From the NCBI RefSeq assembly GCF_018350175.1, contig NC_058368.1:164364001-164428000 (forward strand): 64,000 nt of DNA, in the 5' to 3' direction. Position 1 is the stretch's first letter. Every line of letters begins with the position of its first letter. Origin of the DNA: Felis catus. Its lineage: Eukaryota. The translations under genes were made by a program, and so were the position numbers. The notes below the pieces were generated by a model. It was not told where the DNA came from and did no database searches. It was given only the letters and a program-made list of their open reading frames with translations. This document shows positions 37,460-49,945 of the stretch, in pieces.

Positions 37460-38172
37460 TCACAGAATTACCCTTAGGATCTCCTGTAGGGCTGGTTTAC
37501 TGGTCATGAATTCCTTCAGTTTTTGTTTGTTTGGGATGACCTTTTTCTCTCCTTCTATTCTGAATGGCAGACTTGCTGGATAAAGGATTCTCAGCTGCAT
37601 ACTTTTTCTGTTCATCACATTGAAGATTTCCTGCCATTCCCTTCTGGCCTGCCAAGTTTCAGTAGATAGATCTGCTGCTATCCTTATGTGTCTACCCTTG
37701 TAAGTTAGAGCCTGTTTATCCCTAGCTACTTTGAGAATTCTCTCTTTATCCTTGTATTTTTCCAGTTTCACTATGATATGTCATGCAGAAGATCAATTCA
37801 AATTATGTCTGAAGGGAGTTCTCTGTGCCTCTTGGATTTCAATGCTTTTTTCCTTCCCCAGATCAGGGAGGTTGTCAGCTATGATTTGTTCAAGTACACC
37901 TTCAGCCCCTTTCTCTCTCTCCTTCTTCTGGAATTCTTATGATATGGATACTGTTCCGTTTGATTGCATCACTTAGTTTCTAATTCTCCCCTCATACTCC
38001 TGGATATTTTTTATTTCTCTTTTTCTCAGCTTCCTCTTTTTCCATAATTTTATCTTCTAATTCAGCTATTCTCTCCTCTGCCTCTTTAATCCATGCCATG
38101 CCCGCTTCCATTTTATTTTGCCCCTCATTTATAGCATTTTTTAGCCCTTCATGACTATTTCTTAGTCCCTTG
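37460..38172 (-). pseudogene. L1 ORF1 remnant
   Basis: ORF 37460-37771 (KERILKVARDK...IRIAADLSTETWQARREW...RILYPA) is the ORF1p RRM/CTD; N-terminus absent beyond ~38172. Confidence 0.92.
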
Positions 38173-38174
38173 GG

Positions 38175-39014
38175 CTTAGTCCCAGCCCACCGCTGGTGCC
38201 ACAGTCAGACTGGTGTGTGCCTTATCTTCCCCTCTCCCAGGGAAGGACTCACTGTGGAGTGGTGTGGCCCCTATCTGGGCTGCTTGCACACTGCCAGGCT
38301 TATGGTGCTGCTTTGATGGGATCTGGCCAAGGGCGTATTAGCCGGGGTGGATAGGCAAGGTGCACAGCTGCGGTAGGGACAGGCTTAGCTCTCTTTGCCG
38401 TAGGTGGTCCCCTGCGGGAGGGGCCCTGCAGCACCAGGAGAGAGGCAGGTCAGTCAGAGGGATGAATCTACAGGAGCACAGTGTTGGGCGTTTGTGTGGT
38501 TCAGTGACAGGAACTGGTTCCCTTTGGAATTTCAGCTGGGGGATGGGAGAGGGAGATGGCGCTGACCATTGCCTTTGTTCCCCTGCTGAGCTGAGCTCTG
38601 TATTCGAGGGCTCAGCAACTCTCCCTCCCAGCATCTTCTGGCCCTCCCCGCTCTCCAAGAGCAGAGCTGTTGAGTTTTAACTTTCCAAATGTTAAGTCCT
38701 GCTGGCTGTCAGAACTCACGGAGACAGGCCCCTCAGCTTTTGCAAGCCAGACTTCAGGGCCTGTGCCTTGCCAGGCGGGCTGCCCCTCCACAGCCCCGCT
38801 TGCTCCCGCCAGTCCGTGTAGCACGCACCACCTCTCTGCCCTTCTTGCCCTCTTCTGTGGGCCTCTTGTCTATCCTTGGCTCCAGAGAGTACGTTCTGCT
38901 AGTCTTTTGGCAGTTTTCTGGGTTATTTATGCAGATGTGGGTGGAATCTAAGCAATCAGCAGGATGAGGTGAGCCCAGCATCCTCCTGTGCTGCCATCTT
39001 CCCAGGTGTCCTCC
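38175..39014 (-). promoter_or_regulatory. L1 5' UTR (internal promoter region, GC-rich)
   Basis: The only extended GC-rich block in the window; ends in gccatcttccc (YY1-type aagatggc on minus). Confidence 0.75.
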
Positions 39015-39308
39015 GGTAACTTATTGAGTGACTTAAAACAATTTGAGTTAGTTAGCTAGAAAGTAGACCATTGTGCATAAAGGGTAATGAAGGCCTTAAA
39101 TATGTGCTGTTGCCAGGAGAGATGTGTGTAAGCAGATATATCAGTTATTGAATGAATAAAACATGGAAGCTGATATGAGGATGCTGCAGAGGGAGAAATA
39201 AAAGTATTCAAAAGAACTTGTTTAAAGGAAGATCTTTAGTGTTATTAAATCGAGGAAAAACGTCTGAGAAAATGGTCAGGTAACAGGGGTTGATGAGAAG
39301 TCCTAGAT

Positions 39309-40013
39309 TGGTGGGGTTCTCAACATTTCTTGCACATTTGAATCACCTGAGACACTTTAAAAAATCCTGATGACTAAATTGTACCTATTGAGATTCTGAG
39401 GTAATGAGTCTGGAGTGTGTCATAGGCATAGAAGGTTTAAATGCTTCTTAACACAGGAGCCTGGCTGGCTCAGTTGGTTAGCATCTGACTCTTGATTTTG
39501 GTCCATGAGATTGAGTTGGGCTTTGTGCTGCTCAACGTGTAGAACCTGCTTAAGATGTTCTCTCTTCTTTTCTCTCCCTTCTGCTCCCTTGTTCATGTGT
39601 GTATGTGCTCTCTCTCAAATAAATACACATCTAAAAAAAGCTTGCTGAGAAAATTCTGATATTAAGGGAAGTTCTCATCTAGATCCTGGCTAATTAGTGC
39701 AGTCCACAAACCATTTACATCTACATTACCTGGAAACATGGTGGAAATCTGGATTTGTAGACCCTACCACAGAATACCTTAAATCAAATCTGCAGTTTAA
39801 ATACTTCCCTAGGTGATTTGTATGCATATTATTTGTTTAGTAATGCTTATCTTATATGTGTTAAAATTATCTAAGGTGCTTTTAAAACCAACCACCTGTA
39901 GATCCCACCCTCAGAAATTTTGATTTAATTACTATAGGGCAGGGCTAGGGTGTAGGTATTATTTTAAAAGTTGCCCAGAAGATACAGACCTGAACTAGCT
40001 TTTAGAGCAACAG
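39309..40013. mobile_element. Cluster of three MER5-family (hAT-Charlie) relics (~39309-39670 split by a SINE, ~39695-39838, ~39839-40013)
   Basis: ttctcaac...gcacatttgaatcacctgag...gagattctga; cattacctggaaac...aatctgcagtttaa...ccctaggtgatttgtatgcatatt; cccaccctcagaaattttgatttaatt...gggcagggctaggg. Confidence 0.7.
39455..39639 (+). mobile_element. Older Can-SINE
   Basis: gcctggctggctcagttggttagcatctgactcttgattt head, CT tract, aaataaa. Confidence 0.9.
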
Positions 40014-41599
40014 GTATAAAATGTTGTTACCTATACATCTGAGAGTCAGAATCCTAGCAGTTTTTTGTTTTGTTTTGTTTTGATTGCTTGTAACAGCATT
40101 AAAATGTAACTAGAAGGAGAATGAGAAATGTTTTCATTCTCTAAATGTATTGCAAGATAGAAAATTGATTAATGAGAATCTACAGAAATATTCTACGTGA
40201 CTTGAATTTTAGGTTTATTTGGAGCAATTTGGAGTAAGATTGAAGAATAAAACACTGCAAAAAGGTCTCCCAGAAAGCAGTTTAAATATCCATATCATCA
40301 GTGTACAATAATCTATTTGGAGTTAAGGTAAACTTTTTTAGGCATCTCTGATTTTTCTTTCTGAACTGGTATGGATAGCTACCCCATTTTGAGGGACTTT
40401 ATAATGACAGCCAATGTGAATTGTTGCCACACTCAATTTGCAAGGGCAGAGTTTCAAGCTAGAATAATTGCCTATTCCACTCCAGAGATGGGATGCTGAC
40501 TGCTTCATTACCAGCTGTATGAACCAGGGCATGAGCAATTTCAGACAATGTGAACCATGCTCCTTTACACTACCCATGGGTACTAGTTCCCAAATCTACT
40601 TACTCACTCTTCCCAACTGACAACAGACATGTTTTGCTTGCTTCACTGTGCTCTTGATAAGACTAAAAGAGTTGTGCAAATGCACCTGTATGCTGCTCTC
40701 ACATCATTGATCATTGTACAAGGTGAATCATTTACTGTGTTGGAGTATTACATAAGACTCACATTGTGGAATCATTGATTTGGTTACCACCATTATTAAT
40801 TTTTCCCCATATAATTTTATTCCATTTCCAAGGCAAAGGGAGAGGCTGTTAGAAAGTCTGTTATTAAACAGATTACATAGTAATATTGACATACGTCAGG
40901 CCCATAAATATAAGTAGGAAGGTTTAACTAAGAATTTGATCTGTCTCAAGAAATTGTGTAGAAAAGCCCATGAGCCTTGGGAAGTAATTGCTTTTAAAAA
41001 ACATTTGCATTTAGAATTTTGCATGGTTGATATAAACTATTATGGGAAACGTTGTAAGGCACAATTTTTTTGGCTCAATTTAAGTTATTTATAATATGCC
41101 AAGTTTATTTAAGTAACTAAGCTTCATTTAAAATCGGTGCTATAGTTTCATTTTGTGTTAGAGGAAATATTGTCATTGCTTGTACCAGGAGGCAATGTCA
41201 AATTTATATTAGTGAACTATCAACTACAATTTTACCCCAAAACCAGGCACATAGAATGTTAGAAGTAGTTTCTGATACAATGGAAACCATGATGGAATTA
41301 TTAGTAAGAATGGAATTCAAGTAACTACTGTACCCAATTTATTTGTTCTTTTCTTAATTTTAAATTACTTGATATTTACTATATCTCTGTATCTTTCTAT
41401 GTATGGTATTGCACAATGTATGTGCATATAAAACATGAAAGTAAAATATAAATGACTTTTAAAAATTATTTGCCTACCACCAAGTTTAGAAATACAACAT
41501 TTTCAGTTACTCCAAAGTCTCTTGTGTATTTTTTTCATCACCCACCCTTCTCCTGCCAAGATGTAAACAGTTTCTTGAACTTTTTGTAGTGTTTTTTAT

Positions 41600-42090
41600 A
41601 GGTATATTGGGTTATAATTCACATAACATGCAATTCACCCACTTAAGGTCAACATTCAGTGGTTTTTAACTGTCAGCATAGTCAAATGTAGAACATTTTT
41701 ATCACTCTAAAAAGAAACTCTGTTATCAATGAACAATCATTCTCCATCCCACTACCCCACACCCAACTCTGAATAAATACTAATCTGCTTTCGGTTTCCA
41801 TAGATTTTCTTATTTTGTATATGTCAAATAAGTGAAATGGGCAGACTGTATGTTCTTTGGCAACATTTTCACTTAGCATAAAATTTTCATGTTTCATCTA
41901 TGTTAAAAAAATTATCAGTACTTCATTTTTATGACTGAATCGTATTCCATTGTATGGGTATACCACATTTTGTGTATCCGTTTGTCAGCTGATAGACATT
42001 TAGGTTATTCCTACTTTTTAGCTAATATGCGTATAATGCTGTTATAAATATTCATGTACAAGTTTCAGTGTAGAGATATATTTTCATTTC
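41600..42090 (-). mobile_element. L1MB/MC-type 3' end
   Basis: ataattcacataacatgcaattcacccacttaa...tagaacatttttatcactctaaaaagaaac; similar to 30-480. Confidence 0.85.
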
Positions 42091-42382
42091 ATAGTGGAAG
42101 AAAACATAGTAAGCATTAGGTCTCTATTAAGTATTAATTTTTCATTTTTTCTTAATCCCCTAAAATTTTCTATGTGTATGCATATTAATATATATGTATA
42201 TATGCATATGTGTATGAATATATATTTTGTGACATTTATTTTATGTATGACATGTATATATCACAATAAGGTATTACATGTAACATATCATATACGTAAA
42301 ATATCTTCTAAGAAATAAACAGAAACACAAATCCTAATTTTATGAAATTAGCAAATTTTTACATCTTGAAAATCTCCATATT

Positions 42383-42586
42383 AAAATTTTTTTTTAATAT
42401 TTATTTATGAGAGAGGGAGAGGTGGAGTGTGAACAGGGGAGGGGCAGAGAGAGAAGAAGACACAGAATCCAAAATAGGCTTCAGGCTCTGAGCTGTCAGC
42501 ACAGAGCCCAATGTGGGGCTTGTGCCCACGGACTGTGAGGTCATGACCTGAGCCAGAGTTGGATGCCTGGGCCACCCAGGTGCCCC
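42383..42586 (-). mobile_element. Can-SINE (Fc-type)
   Basis: TSD aatctccatatt / aatatccatatt. Confidence 0.95.
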
Positions 42587-42993
42587 AATATCCATATTTT
42601 AAAATTTATATTACCCTAATTTATTTTTCCATCAGTGCTTAGAATCATCTTTATCCCTAGAGGAAATCCTTAAACATGTTTATGAAAACTCTCATAGTAA
42701 GACTCAGGCAACACTAGTGAGCTATATAATATCCATTCACACAATCCCTTAGCTATTTAGGAAATATATATTGAGAGATAATGAATCAGCAATTCATCTA
42801 TTTTTATTCTTTAAGTAAATGAGTTTAAATATTAAGGCAGAAAGTTATCTGTGTGAAGTATTGCATAATTCAAAAACAATTTGACAAATAGACTGTAACT
42901 TCAAAAACACACAGATACACCTAGACCTGTCCATTTCTTATGGTAGGTATGTATGCATTTTTGCTTCCAAATTTAGCTTAAAACATATATTTT

Positions 42994-43012
42994 TAATTTT
43001 TTAAAATTTATT

Positions 43013-43054
<42 letters not shown>

Positions 43055-43211
43055 AGCAGGGTAGGGGCAGAGACAGAGAGGGATCCAAAGCAGGCTCCAG
43101 GTTCTGAGCTGTCAGCACAGTGCCCAACGAAGGGCTCAAATTCAACTAACTGTGAGATCACGACCTGAACTGAAATTGGACGCTTGACCGGCTCAGCCAT
43201 CCAGATGCCCG
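42994..43211 (-). mobile_element. Can-SINE (Fc-type) with (GA)n
   Basis: Imperfect TSD tagcttaaaacatat / tagctaaaaatat. Confidence 0.95.
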
Positions 43212-43804
43212 TAGCTAAAAATATTTTTATTCTAAGAACATACTTTGGCATTTGAAACTGACCCACTGGTGATTTTTTTTTTTTTTTTGTAAACATAGTA
43301 CCTCATCTTGGCAGAAATCTATAGGGGAAAATAATATGAAATAGGGACAAAAAGCAAGATGAAACTAATAAAATAAGATCAAGACTAAAGTACTGTTTTA
43401 GCCTTCAGAATGGCCATTGTGTGCACTGTGTGCAAAAGAGAGGATTTAATTAAAGTGGTATCAGGAACAAGTTATACCTAAGTGATGTCTTAATAGAGAA
43501 TTTTAGAATTATTTTAAATTTAGATATATATTTTTCTTTGTGATTTTTGTAAAATCACTTGTTCATTAAGTGAAGTAAATAATTTATTGTCTGTATTGCA
43601 ACATAATCATTTGGAATCTATATTGACAGTAAATGGTTTTCATTGCCTACTTGGCAGATAATGGTGCAATATTACCAAAACATAATGGTTGTTGAATAAA
43701 AAGTTTGATAACTTTTATATGACTAGTAGGAATATGCTATCAATCTGGGGGTTGTTACCTCCTATAATACTTTATACCTTATATGAGGTTCTCTCTCTTT
43801 GTGC

Positions 43805-43890
43805 CCTTCCTGCCTTCCTTCCTTACCTCCTTCCTTCCTTTCTTCTTCTTCTTCCTCCTCCTCCTTCTCTTCCTCCTCCTCTTCTTCCTT
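43805..43890. repeat. (CCTT)/(CTT)/(CCT) polypyrimidine low-complexity tract
   Basis: Read directly. Confidence 0.85.
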
Positions 43891-43959
43891 GTAAAACAGT
43901 TTGAATCATCACTTTATTCTTTGGGCATTGTATCTGATAAACAAATTAGACTCTAATTT

Positions 43960-44163
43960 TATTTTTTATTTTGTTAATGTTTGTTTATTTTGAGAGAAAG
44001 AGAGAGAGCAGGAGAAGGGCCGAAAGGGAGAGAGAGAATCCCAAAGTCTCCATGCTGTCAGCACATAACCCAACATGGGGCTCAGTCCCACAAACTGTGA
44101 GATCATGACCTGAGCTGAAATCAAGAGTTGGACACTTAAGCAACTGAGCCACCCAGGTGCCCC
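43960..44163 (-). mobile_element. Can-SINE
   Basis: TSD tagactctaattt (43947-43959) / tagactctgattt (44164-44176). Confidence 0.95.
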
Positions 44164-44410
44164 TAGACTCTGATTTCTAAAACACACACACACACACAAA
44201 TTGCATAGCAGTAAAATAATGTAAGTTCTCACTAAAACCATAGGTAAGATACTAGTCAACAAAGACATTAAACATAATAAACTTTGACTTTTTTGGTGGC
44301 TCTTAATGTTTAGAGTTCCTTATTTTAAGGATCCAAATCAAAGTGGATTTTGCAGGGATTTAGAAATTAGCATAGATAAAAACATTCATGAAATGAATGT
44401 GCATACAAGT

Positions 44411-44412
<2 letters not shown>

Positions 44413-44453
<41 letters not shown>
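44413..44453. repeat. (AT)n microsatellite, ~20 units
   Basis: Read directly. Confidence 0.95.
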
Positions 44454-44457
<4 letters not shown>

Positions 44458-44759
44458 CAAAGTTCACTGTAAGTGAATCAGTGAGAGTCATTCTAATGAG
44501 TTAGTATCAATCAGGTGCTGCCACATTCTGTCAAGATTGTTTTAATCATGGTAGATAAAACCCATTCAGGTAGTTCCTAACTTCTCTTTGTATGGCTCAT
44601 ACGTTAAACTCTGAAGTTTTCTCCTAAATATCTTATATACTATTGTATTTTATCTCTTAATTTTTAGAGTATTTAATGGATTTTAGTAGGAAAGAGAGGT
44701 AAAAGCTATAAGGTGCATACTCTGTTTGCATATTACTTATGGTTCTACCTTTCCAGACC

Positions 44760-44940
44760 TCTCTCACTTATTCCTTAAAATAACTTTATTAGGTTTGTGT
44801 ATTTATATCACTTTTGTAAAAGAACAAGGTTCAGGAAGCTTTAGCAGTTTTCTGGAATTTAGAGACTATGAGTGAGCTATAATTAAAGCTAGGAATGTTC
44901 AGTTACAGAGGCCAAATTCTTTCTTGTAAACCATTCCTAT
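44760..44940 (-). mobile_element. MIR fragment
   Basis: ttattaggtttgtgtatttatatcacttttgtaaaagaacaaggttcaggaagc...gaggccaaattctttc. Confidence 0.5.
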
Positions 44941-46267
44941 AATACTTAAGCAATTGGAATCATATTCTTCAAATTATTATCCAGAAATCAAGGATGGTTG
45001 CATGTTTCAGCATAGGCTGTATTAATGGTAAATAAGCCCATAATTCAATATGACCTATCAGGTCATGATACACCAACATGAGTTGCCTTAAAATTTGGTT
45101 CTTTATATTCAAAAAGAGGTCCAAGCAAATAGAGGCTCATTCCTATATAGTCTTCCATGGTCACCATAGAAGTGGGAAGAGATGTGGTAAACTATGCACA
45201 GATTTGTACAATTTCAGCTAGGGAATAACACATGCCATTCATATATTGGCATCATTTCCTTGGCCAAGGAAAGTCACATAGTCATGTTTAATTTCATAGG
45301 GGGCATTGAAGTCTAATCCTACCCAATTCCTAAAAAGAGAAGAAAAACTCTCTGATATAAGCATAAATGGCTACTGCTGTTCATCTTCTATTCAGAAAAT
45401 ATTCAGCTGACCTTTCCACAGGCAAAATACACTTATTCTTGTGAGGCAAAGTCAAAACAAGCCATTCACTCACAGCTTTATCTCAAAATTCACTATCTTT
45501 ACATCTTATGCAGTGCCTCAACATTAGGTTCAGTGCAGAGCCTTTTGATATGGAGTCTTGTAAATTTAAAATGCAAGTTCTTTGCCCCCTACCTACCCAA
45601 TGTATGGTCTAAAAACAGACAAAACCACAGTAAATAGTCATGTTTTGAATGGAGAGGATGGGAAACACCAGCAGTAACTAATTCTTCAATTTTGAAAGGC
45701 TGCTTGGCAGAGATGATGAGAAATCCTACACTGAGGAAGGGTAAAGTTTCTTAATTAGGTCTGAATTTTGCTCTCTTCTAGGCATCTCCAGTCCCTTGGC
45801 TGTGACCTCTGGGAGTTTTGTTTTGATTTTTCTGTTCATTATCTTTCTGGGCCACATCTGAAGTGAGCATAAGGGATCAGACCTTGGGGGCTGAGCAGCT
45901 TTCTCAGCTTGATTCTAGCTTGTACAAGCTTGGGACCTAAGGATCATTTTGATGTGCAAAGAATCACAGACTTTTTGAGTCTAATCTCATTCTCTAGGAA
46001 GTATAATTCTTTTAAAAATTTAGTATGTTTATTATCCCTTAAATTTTAGTCAGTTCAGTGTAATGAGAGTTCTTAGATTTATCTAACTTTTTTTTTCTTG
46101 CCTCTGTGTTTCATTTTTATTATTTAGTTGCAGTTACCTTGAGTGAATACTTCTTTTCTTGGATAGTTTTAGCCTTTTTCCCTGAGCTGTTTTCTCAGTT
46201 GAAATGATTTACTTGGTAGCACAATCTTGGTAGTATTCCAAGACATCTTAATTCATTCAGAAGTTTT

Positions 46268-46482
46268 TTTTTTTTTTAATTTTCTTATGTTTGTTTATTT
46301 TTGAGAGAGACAGAATGTGAGTGAGGGAGGGGCAGAGAGAGGGGGAGACACAGAATCTGAAGCAGGCTTCAGCCTCTTAGCTGTCAGCACAGAGCCTGAT
46401 ATGGGGATCAAACTAACGAACCTTGAGATCATGACCTGAGCTGAAGTGGGATGCTTGACCACTTGAGCCACCCAGGTGCCCC
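46268..46482 (-). mobile_element. Can-SINE (Fc-type)
   Basis: TSD tcagaagtttt (46257-46267 / 46483-46493). Confidence 0.95.
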
Positions 46483-46508
46483 TCAGAAGTTTTAACATTG
46501 GATGTTGT

Positions 46509-47062
46509 TGTATTAGTTATCTGTTGTTGTGTAACACATTACTCTAAAACTTGGTGGATTTAAACAGCACACGTTTATTATCATTTCTCTGGACCAGGAA
46601 TATGGTTTAGCTGGGTACCTTTTGTCATGGTCTTTGATAAAGGCTACATTCAAGTTGTCAGCTGCTGCTGAGGTCTCATCTGACTACTCATCTGAGGGAA
46701 TGACCAACTATTCTCATTTACATGGTTGTTGAAAGGATTCCGTTTCTCAAGAACTATTAGACTCAGGGCTCCATTTCCTTATTGACTCGACTGGAGGAGG
46801 CCACTCTCAGTTCTTACCTTATGAGCATCTCAGACATGGCACTTTGCTCAACTAAAACCTGCAAGAAACACAGTCTGCAGGCAAGATGGTAGTTGCTATC
46901 TTATGTAACATAATCTTACATAATGGGTAACACCCATTACCTTTGCCATTATTTAGATGCCAATAATAGGCCTTTACAAACTCAAGGGAAGGTGATTACA
47001 TAGGGTGTGAATACCAAGAGGAAGAAATTATTTGTATTAATCTTATAACCTGGCTGACCCAA
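46509..47062 (-). mobile_element. MLT1E/F-like solo LTR
   Basis: tgtattagttatctgttgttgtgtaacacattactctaaaacttggtgg...ggattccgtttctc...ctcaagggaaggtgattacatagggtgtgaataccaagagg. Confidence 0.85.
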
Positions 47063-47218
47063 GTGTGATAGGTAGCCATAGATTGATTTGATGTGATCTT
47101 TGTGAAAGCCTGAGATATAATTATTACTTTTTCTTTTGCTTCCCTTAGGACTCTTCAGTTTAATCTTTAGTAGTTATAGTTGAAAAAGAAATTACCTTTT
47201 TCAAAACTGTAAGTTTCT

Positions 47219-47434
47219 TTTTTTAAAATTTTTTAAATGTTTATTTATTTTTGAGACAAAGGGAGACAGAGAGTGAGTGGGGGAGGGGCAGAGAGAGAGG
47301 GAGACACAGAATCTGAAACACGCTCAAGGCTCTGAGCTGTCAGCACAGAGCCTGATGCAGGGCTCCAACCCTTGAACCGTGAGATCATGACCTGAGCCAA
47401 AGTCAGACGCTTAACTGAGCCAATCAGGTGCCCC
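47219..47434 (-). mobile_element. Can-SINE (Fc-type)
   Basis: Perfect 16-bp TSD aaaactgtaagtttct (47203-47218 / 47435-47450). Confidence 0.97.
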
Positions 47435-49233
47435 AAAACTGTAAGTTTCTGCATTTGAGAACTTGGTATTATCTTTCACTAGTATTTACAAACTGACTAA
47501 TTACGCTTTGTGATCAGTATTACTGTGTATAATATCTTGCCAATTCAGCCAGTTGCAACCAACACATACTAACAGTCTCTTTTCCATTTGGTCCCTAAGG
47601 CTGCTGTTCCATAGAAGTTGAGAGCCAAGAGAGAGTAGGTGGAATAGCATCAGCCATCTTTGCTTCTGATTCCATCCAGTGATGTAGGATATATCTCCAG
47701 TACTCTGGACAAACAATGGGAATTAAGTTTCACATAATTCCAGATTTCCAAACTTCTCTGGAGAGTTATATTCTACCTTTGCCTTTTGAAGCCAACCCTG
47801 AAAATAAAAGTGGTAGCAGAACCCATCTCTAAGCCCTGTGTGAGGACTACACTTCTCTCTGTCCACTTTCTCACAGAGACAGGAAAGCCTTCCCTTCAAA
47901 ACTGGCTGTTATATTTTTGTTATTCTTCCAAAGTATATAGATTTTGGCACTAACATTCACATTTGAAATTCAAAAACCCTTTCTCTTACCCTATCATTTC
48001 TATCAAAAGTGTGTTTTGATTCTTGAAAACCGAGAACTCCAGTTCATTTTTATTCTACTCTGGGTACTTTTCCTGGATATGATCAATCTGCCTTAGATTA
48101 GGTGGGATAAAGAGATAAGAATGAAAAGTACATAAATTGAAAATCTTATTTTAATTATATATGCTTTCTCTTGTTTATGTTTCCTTTCTTAGCTCTTTGC
48201 TTTCTGTCTTTTGCTTCATAATTTTTTTTATGCTTTAATCATTTAGTGTTTTTGGGAATTATATATTTCATGTTCAGTTCTACTGGCGACATTTCAGTTT
48301 TTCAAAAGCATTTTAACCTTTTTTTCCTTCTAATTTTAATTCTCTCCCTGACAGCCATTGAAGATACTTTTAGTATTCTTTCTTGATTTGTTTCATTATT
48401 TTTGTTAAATGTAGATACTTTATTTAATGTGGATACCTCTTTTTTTGCTCTGTTAAATTGAGACCTTGGAAGGTCATAATTTATTATTCCTCAGAAGATA
48501 ACCATAATCTGGCTATTTTATTTTCTGCATCTCACAGTAGGTAAGTTTTTAAAGCATGCTGTTCCTCTAATAATCTTCATATTGTTTTCTATGTACTTGT
48601 TTTTCAAGATTTTCTTGATTCCATGTCTTTCTCCTAATACTTTTTACTCTATATGAGATTATGATACAAGGCCAAGTAGTTAACAAAGGTAAGAGTGAAT
48701 AGGTTGCCTTTGGCCTTACTGTTGATGCCTCAGTGTATATTTGGAAGGCAGATTGAGGTGATCAACTTCAAGGCAAATTGAGGTTTTAGACTTTTAAAAA
48801 CCTTATTTCTTAACCTCATACATCACATATCTTCTTCAGAGTAATAGGGTTACATGAGAAAAATAGAATTTCTACTGAAATTTTTACAAAAAATGTGCCC
48901 CCAGAGAAATGATTGTGATGAATAAACACTCTGCCACTCTTATTTTACCAAAAGTTATTATTTAGAATTTAATATATTTTCAGTAAAATGATATGTGTAG
49001 ATATGGGATGCAAACATGTATGTGTTAGGATTGTATTTTGGCATGGAAGTACAGAATAATGCCCAAGGGAGAAGAAGAGTTGTTGTCCATTTTTCCATTG
49101 TGTGTATAGTCTGTGAATCAGAGAACAGGTGAGGGTTGAAAGCATGTCTTCCGTTATTTTTTCCTAGATAGTCAGATTTAGTTCTTTGAACTGCCCATAT
49201 CATGGACTTGTGTACCTTAAGTCTGAGTGGCTT

Positions 49234-49945
49234 TTTAAAAATTAATTAATTTATTTGTAATTGAAGGATAGTTGACATACAATATTAGTTTCAGGTTTAC
49301 AACCTAGTGATTTGACATTTATATACATTATGAAATGCTCACCGTGATAAATGTAATCACCATCACTCACCATACAAAGTTATTGCAATATTATTGACTA
49401 TATTCTTTATGATATACTTTATATCCCAGTGATTTACTTATAATTGTCTGTTTATACCTCTTAGTTCCCCTCACCTATTTTGCCCTACAACCCTACCACC
49501 CACCCACTGCCCTATGGCAATGACCATGTTCTGTGTGTTGTTTTGTTTTTTAGATTCCACTTGTAAGTGGAATTATATGGTATTTAACATTCTTTTTCTG
49601 ACTCATTTCATTTCTCATAAATGAAGTTCTTCTGAGTTCATCCATGTTGTTGCAAATGGCCAGATACCATTCTTTTTTATGATGTAGTGTTCTTTTGTAT
49701 ATGTATATGTATATACAATATGTATATTGTATATGTATATTCTTTTTCATTCATCTGTTGATGGGCAGTTAGGTAGCTTTTATATCTTGGCTATTTTAAA
49801 TAATGCTGCAGCAAACATAGGGGTACATATATCTTTCTGAATTATTTTTTTTCATTTTCCTTTGTAAATACCCGGAAGTAGAATTACCAGATCTTACGGT
49901 ATTTCTATTTCTAATCTTTTGAGGAACCCCCATACTAGTTGCATG
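49234..49945 (-). mobile_element. L1MA9/L1_Carn-type 3' end
   Basis: gatagttgacatacaatattagtttcagg...catccatgttgttgcaaatggc...tttgaggaacccccatact; short gtggctt repeat at both flanks. Confidence 0.9.

Larger units (their letters stand above)
33394..39021 (-). mobile_element. Near-full-length felid LINE-1 (5' UTR, ORF1 lacking its N-terminus, disrupted ORF2, 3' UTR)
   Basis: 13-bp TSD tattgagtgactt (33381-33393 / 39022-39034); 5' start ggaggacacctgggaagatggc on minus; consecutive ORF2 fragments in the ORF track. Confidence 0.97.
45000..47620 (-). mobile_element. Ancient MLT1L/K-type LTR (~45000-45378) plus MaLR internal region, interrupted by two SINEs and an MLT1F-like LTR
   Basis: LTR motif catttccttggccaaggaaagtcacatagtcatg...aatcctacc; internal sequence parallels 21564-22970. 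Confidence 0.65.

Noticed and set aside
33802..37771. Series of RT/endonuclease-like ORFs as a possible active or novel retroelement system
   Set aside because: Ordinary L1 ORF1/ORF2 broken by many frameshifts and stops; not retrotransposition-competent
38175..39014. GC-rich block with several overlapping 70-106 aa ORFs, as a possible host promoter or first exon
   Set aside because: Lies inside the L1 TSDs and is the L1 5' UTR; the ORFs reflect GC content
40338..40580. Possible plus-strand exon after tttttag
   Set aside because: Stops in all three frames soon after the acceptor and no good donor
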